From NCBI GenBank assembly GCA_021432655.1, contig MU271417.1:27849-69045 (forward strand): 41,197 bases of DNA, given 5' to 3'. The notes under the pieces were generated by a model that did not search any database, was not told where the DNA came from, and was given only the letters and a program-made list of their open reading frames with translations. A program made the position numbers and the translations under genes. Below are positions 1 to 9,205 of the stretch, piece after piece; position 1 is the first letter of the stretch, and each line of letters begins with the position of its first letter. This DNA comes from Atractiella rhizophila (taxonomy: Eukaryota).

Positions 1-798
1 GCTCTACGCAGTCTTTGTAGCCGAGGACGATTTTGGAAGGATCAAAGAGTTCTGGCAGCATACGGGGGAAGGGATCAGCAGTCGGTTCGCTGCCAGGTGC
101 CTCAAACTTCTGAAGGACAAGGAGGAGGCGACGGGCAAAGAACGGAGAAGATCCCAAGACGCGCCTTCGTCCCCAACGTCGACCGCTTCCCGCTCTTGGA
201 GGAGCAGATACCAGAATAAAGCGATTTCGCCCATTTTCACGCCTTCACCACCAACATCACCCACGACCTCGTCTCCCATCCTTCAATCCAAATCAACTCA
301 GGAGGAACTGGACGAAGATGCAGATTTTTATGTGGAGGAGCGATACGGAAGGAATTTACCCACGAACCTAGGCGAGGAGGCGAAGCTCACGGTGCGCAAG
401 CGGATCGCAGGTGTATTGGGTGATCAGCTCGAAGAAACGAGCCTTCGGAATGGTTTAACCGAGGACGATGTATACTTGTATCCGACGGGCATGACAGCTA
501 TCTTCAGAGCCCACGTCATGGTGAGAGAAGAACGGAGGGCGAAGGGGAAAGAGGACGCAAAGAGTGTAGTTTTCGGGTACGGGTTTCTCACATTGTCAAT
601 TAAACGAACAGTCCTCATGTGTCCTGTCTTCCTTCCCAGGTTCGTCTACGGCGATACTCTAAAGCTTATGGAAAAGTTTGGACCTGGATGTCACTTCTTC
701 CCGTCGGGCCAGGAGGAAGACCTCAATGCTCTCGAGAGGTTATGCGAGAAGGAAGAAATTGTCGCTCTCTATTGCGAATTCCCATCGAATCCTCTACT
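1..798 (+). CDS. Partial near-identical second copy of the cystathionine gamma-synthase gene (internal exons; cut by the window edge and the N-gap)
   Basis: Aligns by eye to 10517-11321 with mostly synonymous changes, a few amino-acid changes (A/T, R/K, I/V) and a slightly different intron. Encodes [13 protein letters not shown]...[11 protein letters not shown] and ends at the 25-N gap. Confidence 0.9.
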
Positions 799-823
799 NN
801 NNNNNNNNNNNNNNNNNNNNNNN
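799..823. other. Assembly gap (25 N)
   Basis: Run of 25 N. Confidence 1.
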
Positions 824-882
824 ATCAGAAAGTGCGAGGATAGAAAAATACCTGATTGAAATATCGTAAATGACCAGTTGTC

Positions 883-1397
883 TAGAGACGGTGTTGTTCT
901 TTGCGTTTACGGTAGACGGAGGCCCTCACGTTGGTTTGTGCCCGTAACGTACGCAGTGGACACGCCGCAGGTTCTTCTTCGTGTTCACATCGAAACTTGG
1001 GCTTCAGTGACATAGGTACGTAAGACAAGTTGTCTTAGTCTCACGATAGAGTCTGGAACACGGCAATCGTTGACGGTGTTTTTTTTGGTCGAGTCCCAGT
1101 TCAAGTTTTCACTATAAACTGCTGCGTTGTAACCTAGATTAAAAACCTAGATATGGTGGACACTTGTGGTGCTGACGCTGTCGATCGCTGTCGTAATGCT
1201 ACGAGCTATGTTTGTTGAAGTCAGGTAGCTTTCGAGGCCTAGACCTGCAGAGTATAGACCTATGTCATCTTTCAAGCGGTACCGGGCTTTGAAGAGCGCG
1301 TAGACGTCGGAGGAGTTGGGTTTGCCAACCATTACTTTGAACCCTCCTCGACAACCTCTTGAAAGGACAGTGGGTTGTCCTTCTCCTACCTTTCACT
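883..1397. CDS. Last exon (third Zn2Cys6 cluster) of the triple-cluster gene at 6584-7389; read as the complement, left-to-right
   Basis: Complement reads ...ggactaac...caacag|AT CTC TGC, giving (C)DLCHNKKRKCHLPPGVQPNTGIACVTCAASKKKHKCSFEPEV...EEDGK*, about 171 codons without a stop. Confidence 0.9.
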
Positions 1398-2031
1398 CCT
1401 ATGCGGAGACCCATAGTTAATGGCACCGCGAGACGACAGCGCATCTCTGCACCCCGGGTGGGATGAATGTGGCCAGAAACAATATAGAGACATCGTTCCG
1501 GTGTTTGTATCTCAACCTCCTATCCGACTAAGTATAACGTTCATATCAAGTATCATACACTCCATTTATGACCTGTTTGGTCTCACGAGGCGTTGAGACA
1601 GGGACGTTTATCTTTTCAATCGAAGTTAACTAGTGTAGAGGTCCTATTTGCTTACCTTTCTAGTCTATTTATTGCGTCCTATTTAAATTGTAGAGACGAG
1701 CGCCAGCTCGAGACTTTAGAGTTCATCTTTCTTCGAAAAAGTAGTGTGGAAGGCGAGATTATTGACCTTATTTTGTTTACGAATGGTCTAATAGGATAGT
1801 AAGTGAAGGTCGTGGACGGACGCATAAGAGGAACGAAGCTGCAACACTGTCTCAAAAGCTAACTACGTGTAACTACTTGTACCGCGTTAGACCAGTGCAC
1901 TTGTTCTTCTCGAGAATCCTGCAAAACTATTTAACCAGTTTACATGATGTCTGTCTACTTACATTTGTTCGAGTTTTCTGTTTCCATAGTTGAATATGTC
2001 TCTCTATTCACCTTATAAACTGTCGCCGGGT

Positions 2032-5000
2032 AGTGAAAGAAGAGGTGCCGTTGGTAGGAGAAGAACCGACACTCCAATCACATCCCTCCCTGCTACCGCG
2101 TCAAGGACGAAGTAGTGAAAGGTGTTAAAAAACACCGAGAACTTCACAACCTAGATGTTACCGAAGGAATTCAAGGAACTGACTGCAGCCTAACAGCACC
2201 TCGTTCACTTGTAGTCCAAGGGGGAAGCAACATAGGAGCCTCTGGTAAAAGAACAGACATCTCTGTTTCCATAACTCTCCCCTACACGAAGCTGCTGGCT
2301 GTCTACTGACGCAAACCCACCAGGGATTTAGCAAGTCCAGGGACCTTAGAACCACCTTCAATAGGCGCAGCGGACGACTACCGCTATCGCTCCCAACGCA
2401 GTTTTGACCCCTAAGCGGTCAGTCTAAACTCCTACCGTCTACTTACAGCCATAACTCTCGCCTTGGTAGGTGGACCAGACACTATCTCTGCATCTGCAGA
2501 AACAGAAGGCAACCACTACCGTAGCGTTGAAGTCGAAGAAGGGTGTACTATCCGGGTTCCAACCGACTCACGCGGAAGAGCTCTAGCCGCCCTCGCTGAC
2601 TCTGCAGCAAGAGTTTGCCTCAGGGTAGTTAGCAGAGTCCGCCTCCGTTGTGGACGTTCGCGCCATTCGTGCTACTCCGACTGCGACCTCCTTCGTAGTT
2701 TGGAGTTAGAAAGGAAGGGAGGTATACAGGTAAGGGTGTTAAAAGAAGTCTTGACGCTCATGAAGTAGAAGGTGGGTCGAGAGGTCGGTCAGGAGAAGGG
2801 GTGGTTCGGGTTGTCGCAAGGGAGGAGGCAGAGTAAGCGGCCGGGTTCGAGGAAATGTACTTTAGGGACATGATCAAGTAGTTGTAAGTGTTCCCTTGTA
2901 GCTCCTTGATTCTTATTCATTCCTCCTGCTAGTCCCAATTAAGAACTCCCTTAGCGCTAAAACTGCATCTTCGTCACCCTAGACCATTAAGCGTACAAAC
3001 CAAGCATGGCTTACTATTGAACGAGCCTTGAGCCGCCGACCTGTTGACGAACAAACTATACGAGTAGGAGGACTAAGACTGCACTACGAGGTAGAAGCCG
3101 CTCATTTGGCAATCTTCACCGGACCGCTGAGTCGTGACCTCGAAGGCTTCCTCACACGTGCTGAAGTTAGTCACCTCATCAATGACCACGACGTCCCCGT
3201 CTTCGCGGCACCACTACGTTCGCCCCAGCATACTTCGACCTCTGGCTAAACTGCTCACATCCTTTCGATCCGGAAAGACCCTCACCTGCGCGGTTGAGCG
3301 AACGATCTCGGAGAGGTAGCCATCACAAGAGAAATCTGTCGTTAAATCGGCGTCACCTTCACAAAGGGGCGAACTTGAAACCGGCAAACGCACCAGCCCA
3401 TAGAAGTAGTAACTGACTTAGGCTTAGAAGAAGACGAACCCAGCCAAAGGTGCATAGTAGAGGGAAGCGAAAAGCAGCGGAAAAGGGGGATCGTAACTGA
3501 TAAAATAGGAGATGTCCATCGAGCAGATGAAAAAACTCAAAAAAGCAAAACCGACGAGCACGGAGGAGACGAAGTAGGCAGCTCGAGAGGAGAGGTCGAA
3601 GTCCAGCTATACAATCTAGGACGGAAAATCCAGCTGGAAACGCAAACTGGACGCCAGGGAATAAACTTGGACCCCTACTACGAAGATATCGGCTAAGAAG
3701 GACAAGTGGAACGGCTCCAACCCTATGCGATCTCAATCTCCTCCTTCGAAAGCTGCCACCTTGCAGTCGCGCCGATCGTCTTCCACAACCACTTCCATGC
3801 AATAAACTAACCAGGAGGAGCCAGAAGCGAAAGTGCCTAAAAGAAGGTACTACTCCTTGTCGAGACGAGAAAGCTGGAGAGCTTCGAGCACGATTTGTAG
3901 TTAGTCTTGATAGAAGCAGTCGTGCTCGTTTGTGTATGTGCACGATCGGCAAAAAGAGAAATTGCTATAGACTCGGAGCGGGCAAAGTAGCAGCTGGTTC
4001 AGTCGTTAGACAGGAAAGAACGGAGCTGAACCATAAAAGCAGTGGCGGCGCCGTTGACACCTCCACCTCCTACACCTACCTCTCGGTCCCCGTTGTAGAT
4101 GTTCGTTTCTGCCGACACCGCACCTTCCTAACGAGCGCAGAAAAAAACGGACTCTGGAGCAGTATGCTGGTCCTGACTGGCCTTCCTCAAGCAATACGCA
4201 CAGTACTTTTTGTGAAAAAGCTCTCGCAGACCTCCAGAAGCGACATCCTGAATCACGTAAGCATCATTGACTCCACTACCTAAGGTCACTAGAAAGGTGT
4301 TACTGTCTACACAAACAACTTGGTCCATTTCCAACCTGACTTCTGTTTAGGAGGAAGCCTTGAAGGAGGTGCCGAAGTCCTCAGCTTCCTCGAAGTTGCT
4401 GGTTGACTTGAAGGCCGTCGAGTTGCGTACTTCCTCATCCTAGGAATTACTGCCAGCTAGCACCCCTAAACCATCGGCCGTCTAAACTACCCCGCTCACG
4501 TCCAAGTCGCGGACGTCGTTGTTGATGGTGTCCTACGCCATCTAGTGGGCACTAACGACCGAGCTTTAGCTGTAGGTAGCGATTTGGTCTTGGGCATGAT
4601 CAACTCTAAAGTTGCTGACCATTCCCGTTGAGTAGCCAGCACACAGCTCTCCTCAAGAGGCGGCGGAGACGAAGACGTCGTTAGCCCTCTGGTCTACTTC
4701 GACCCTGAAGCTGTTACCCAGCTCCATGTAGGAGGCACCAGTTTTCTCCACAGGCCTCAGGGACCAGTCGTAGGTTGGGTCTACCTTCCCGTTGGAGTTT
4801 TTTCCAACTCGACATAGTACTCAGCACTCAAAGCTTCTATCAAGAAGGAGAGGTCGCGGTCCATCAGGGCAAGATTGACGAGAGCGGCGTCCATGGAGAG
4901 GACGGAGATGAAGCGGTAACCGGGGAAGAAGTATGAGATGATGTCGACTAACACTTGACTATTCGAGCTGTTGTCCAACTCCTTGAAGGAGGCATTACTG

Positions 5001-6540
5001 TCTATGATACCAAAGTAGCCCGACACAACAGCTTAGTCGCCATCTCCCGCATCAGTTTCCAAGTACGTTGGGCGAAAGTTGTAGAACAACTTACCTAACA
5101 AGCTACCGTCCGCATCCAACAAAGTCTAATGGCAAGCGCGGCCGCTAAGGAAGAAGCGACCGACTTATGACCAACCCGCGAACCAGAAGGAAGGGAAGGA
5201 CCTGGTTTCCTTGTAGAACCCTAGAGAGGCAACGGAGTCCCCGGCTGTCTCAACCTCATGCGTTGACAAGTCCATCGTTTAGACCGCACTCCAGCTGTAA
5301 ACTTGGCAGTCGTTATCAGCTCCGTGCGAGAAATAGGGGAGGGAGGCGAAGTAGAGGTTGGAGAAGGTGGTGCAGAACTTGTTATTGTCAAAGTAGGACA
5401 AGGAGAACTTGTCCCGCCTGCCAGAAGCTTTCTTCCACTCTCACTCTATGCAGCATCTAGCCATGACGCAAACTGTCCTCTTCCCCACCAGCCAAGTAGG
5501 TGGAGGTCGAGGTTCACACTCACACTCTGAAACTGACCCCACCAGCCAAGGAGGAGTCCACGTTCCACTCTGCCGCACTGCTTACGAAGGAGAAGGTTAT
5601 CGACGTTTCCTGGCCTCTAAGCAAGAAGGTGAAAGGGGTAGAGGTGTAGAGGGAGAAGGGGAGGGCTGAGATGTAAGCCGGACTTGGGAAGAGATCGTAG
5701 GCATAGACGCGGCTACGGTCGACTTCGTAGTTACAGGCGCTTGACCGGCATCCAGTAGGGAGGGCTGCACACGTGGTTTCTCTTCAGGAGTTGGAGGTGA
5801 CTTTTAAGTCGGTAAGGTCGACATAGCTCCCTTAAATACATTAGGAGGTGGAGAACTAATTTGGCCGATCATAGGTAGTGTAGTATGGAACGACAACGTC
5901 ACTGTCACAGCAGCCATCCAGCTTGAAGCCTCCTCCGAACCAAAGGGTCCGACAGTTATTAGAAGACCTATAGCCGTCCCGAGTACGGCAACGGCCTAGC
6001 AGTTTGCTCCTCCCTTCGCTTAGTTACTTGAGCAGGTTTAAGCCATGTACCTCGTACAGGTCTAGGACCTCTAAGCAGAGGTAGGGGAGCAATGGGAGGA
6101 CAATATACATTAATCGGAGAAAAAGAAGTTTATTTTAGTTAACTACGTACACCTTTCTGCTTGGACGCGCCGAACTTCTTCGTTGACGTAGGGCAGTGAA
6201 GAAGAGGTCGGAGATAAGCGCAGAGGAGTTGGAGGTAGAGAGGGAGAGCGGATGAGGAGCAGCAGGGAGGATAAGAAGAGAGAGAGATTGAGGAGGTTGA
6301 GGGAGAGGTTGACGAGGTAGGGGAGGAGGTTTGAGTTGAGGAGGGTGATCACGAGGAGGTGGATTAGGGTAACTAGAAAGTGAGAGCTAGGTAGGAGAGG
6401 GAGCAGGGTTAGGAGGTTAAGCAGGAGGAGGGGTGAGAGTGGCCGTAGAAGAGGAGGAAGTTGTCGTCGAGAGCGGGAAGAGAGTTTAAGGAGATTTTAG
6501 TTTGCAACCGGCTAGGTATAGGAGGTATAGGAGGTAGCAC
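2032..6540. CDS. Large acidic, low-complexity hypothetical protein (5' end missing); read right-to-left without complementing
   Basis: Reverse reading gives long open stretches such as SGNGMSPADIQKIIDSLGNQ..., ...IIRYEPNMRITRSHCFYVKIAIPSRINPDRPPYLFLVPRCSL... and the C-terminus ...QPRRGWLPWRRK* (stop 2034-2032). Canonical introns near 6163-6099 and 2702-2653. Several apparent single-base frameshifts. Not every segment was translated. Confidence 0.75.
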
Positions 6541-6583
6541 TTGACTGATGAAACAGGTACGCATCTTATGGAGTGATCCGCAC

Positions 6584-7389
6584 CACAAGCTGTCCTTCTT
6601 TTCGATTTTGTTTCCAAGGTTGGATTTGCAAAAGCATGGCTGGTGGATGCGACGATAGGGATGGGCACGTTCACGTATGGATCCACCGAAAGCGATGGTT
6701 GGGACGGAGATGGTAATGCCGACGCTGTCTCAAAACTGCAGTGTTGCTGGCGATCAACGCATCTATTGCAAGGCGTACCATCGTTGATTTGTTTGCCGGG
6801 AGGCAGAGCGCACTTAACTCTGCGTTTGTTGCAGTAGTCTGTTGTACATTAGCTCATTGATTTCTGGGAGGGAAGAACGTACAACATGTCCTCTGCGGCA
6901 TGACTCTTCTCTTTATTTCTTGAGTTGAGCTTTGTGGTATGGGGGGAGGCACAAAGTATGTCATCGCCGTCACGTATGTCAAAGCATCACCGCTTGGCAC
7001 TCCTTCTTCCACTCGTGACGACGATAGATAAGTTGCCGTGTTAACCATGTTGTCCAGTCTATCCAAAGCTGCAGCAGTAGGAAAGCTGAACGGGCTGTGG
7101 CTTGATGAAGAGGGCCAAGTGCCTTCATCGATGGCAGAGACATCAACGCTTCTACCGCTGTATGTGCATTGCAGACCCCTGCTTGTGCACCTCACGCATT
7201 TTGGAGAGCCTTTAGAGTCAAAGCAGCGGGTCGTGTCAACCTTGCATTGATCTTTCTCAACGGTGGTCAGCAAGGACAATATACATGAATCTAGGACTTG
7301 CCACATCGGCGATTGTCGCTTGGATTAGGAGGGTTTCTCTCTCTCCTCTTCCGATTCCTGTGTCGCCCTCGCTGCGAAGACCGTCCCAT
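6584..7389 (-). CDS. Zn(II)2Cys6 protein with three tandem binuclear clusters (exons 1-3; exon 4 lies in block A); about 408 aa
   Basis: Exons 7389-7302, 7251-6883, 6838-6584, then complement of 883-1397. Clusters: CDQCKVDTTRC-x8-CVRCTSRGLQC; CYYCNKRRVKC-x13-CNRCVDRQQHC; CDLCHNKKRKC-x13-CVTC-x8-C. Each intron is phase 1 just after the first Cys; the first is GC-AG. Confidence 0.88.
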
Positions 7390-9205
7390 AGCGAGCAGAA
7401 GGGAGCGAACCCCTCAACCCTTAGAGCGTGGAAGTGCAACAACACTGAAAAAAAGTGTCTCAATGGATCGCGTTTCGAGCGATTCCGTCGTATTGACTTT
7501 TTTCCTTAATGGAGGGAGACGAGTGCTTTGCAGCAGAGCTTGTTAATAGCGACCATTCCTGAAAGCCCTTGACATAAAGGACAACGCATTTTCTTTTGCG
7601 CCAAAATGCGGATCGCGTTCCCTTTCACAAAGGAATGAAGGCCAATATCCATACCCTTGTTTAAAGTAAACAAGGGCTGTATATCGTCCCTTTGTTGGAG
7701 AACAATATTATGTGGGTGGAAACACGTTCTCGAATGTCTTACGCTGGACACCAATGTGCACGCGAAGTTGTAATCGAGAGAGAAAACATGAGATAATGGT
7801 CGCAGCCAATGAGGAAAAGATTTCGGGAAAGTTAAGCATCCCAACGGTCGTCGTCATCATCATAGTTGTTGGGGACGGTATACTTGAATTCGACCAGTAG
7901 TGCATTCTTTGCTAGCCCCAGGAACAGTCAACAATCAGTGTTCGTACCTAGATAAAGACATGATCCTTCCGATTATTCACCAGTTGTTGCAGAACTTTGA
8001 CAAGTAGTAGAACCAAATGTCATGTCGCCATCTCCACTCTTTTCTTCCTGGTCCGTAGTCGTGGATCTCAGTAGAGATTGAGTGAAGTGACAAAGGAAAA
8101 GTAATGAATCAGCAGCCCGAACCCTTAATTGGAACATTCTTCTCAACCCCGACGAATCTTTCATAGAAGTTGGCGGAAGAGAACTGGGACAGTAGCTTTT
8201 CGAAGGGCTGACAATTCGACGGAGAGGTCGTTTAAAGTCGACGGTCCCCATATGATCTCGTTACCACGCATTCCACGAAACGAGTCTACTGTTCGAGTGT
8301 TCGAATTGGACGCAGATGAGCGTCCATTCTTGCGGACAGGTGCCACTGTTGCCTCGTCAGGTTTCCGAGAAGGGATCTGCAAGGGACCTGGTGAGGAATT
8401 TCAGTGAGTACCAATAATTACGTGGCAGTTGTAACAACGAGAGACAGACCAAACGTATTTGGTGAGCGTTTTGAACGATGTAGCTCGTATGTTAGAAGCC
8501 GAAAGGAGACTGGGTTCTTGATCAAATATTGACATAGCTCCAACCACAACCTGCGAGAATTGCTCGATTCTTCCTCTAACATCCGCTAAACAAGTCTTAC
8601 TTGCACGTAGTCCTGTAAACTTCTATTTGCCCCAATGCATCGCTTTGTCCACAAAGATAAGCCACGTATGATTTAACCTCATTGAAGGACGCCAAGGTTG
8701 CTCTGTGCAACTTTGCGTAAGAACCGAAGTCATGAAAAGGCTCTTAATGTCCTTCGTGTCCTTCCTTAAATACTACGCGTCCTACAGCTACGCTCAGCTT
8801 GGCGCAGACGTACTTTCACGCAAAGGAAGCCTCATTTGAAGCTCCACCCCACAACTTCACTCGCGTGAGCATGCATATGAAAAACAGCCATCCAACCAAG
8901 AGAGAATTCGAGCGTCAGTCTACCCACGTCGTTGAGCTCGCTAGCGCTCCTTATGAACCGGGCAGGAATGAGACTTCAACGCGCTTTAGCAGATTATATC
9001 ATTTAAATTGGCAAAAGAAGCCTCGAAAGACTCTCAAGAGCTTCTTCCTTGGGGTTATGCGGAATTGGGAGTTCAAAAGGAAAGTAGTCAACGCCAGCGC
9101 ACAATGAAATCGGAACCAGCCGAAGAGTCACTCACGTCGACTCGATCATTTTCTCTTCTTATGAGATCCTGCTTGAAATCTCGCTAACAGGACGGCCAAT
9201 ATACC

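Larger units (their letters stand above)
824..6540. other. Block A: sequence reversed but not complemented (true + strand = block read right-to-left)
   Basis: No recognisable proteins in the six standard frames. The plain complement and plain reverse give long ORFs with GT..CTAAY..AG introns. The complement of 824-882 completes the intron that starts at 6583 on the minus strand. Right boundary is uncertain by about 5 nt. Confidence 0.95.

Noticed and set aside
4824..4891. Intron-like GTGAGT...CTAAC...CAG in the complement of block A
   Set aside because: Flanking frames close quickly, while the opposite (reverse) reading is open through this region; judged coincidental.
824..6540. Six-frame ORFs inside block A (e.g. 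3359-3952, 197 aa) and the idea of novel or foreign DNA
   Set aside because: They are by-products of reversed coding sequence; un-reversing the block gives ordinary fungal genes with introns.
6180..6540. Purine-rich GAG/GGA tract resembling a simple repeat or G-quadruplex region
   Set aside because: Best explained as Glu/Asp/Gly-rich coding sequence read backwards, with many errors near the end of the gap fill.
7500..9100. Short ORFs between the triple-cluster gene and STR2, including an F-box-like fragment (TLNDLSVEL..LRKATVPVLFRQL, 8161-8382)
   Set aside because: I could not build a coherent spliced model; possibly a decayed gene, but unsupported.
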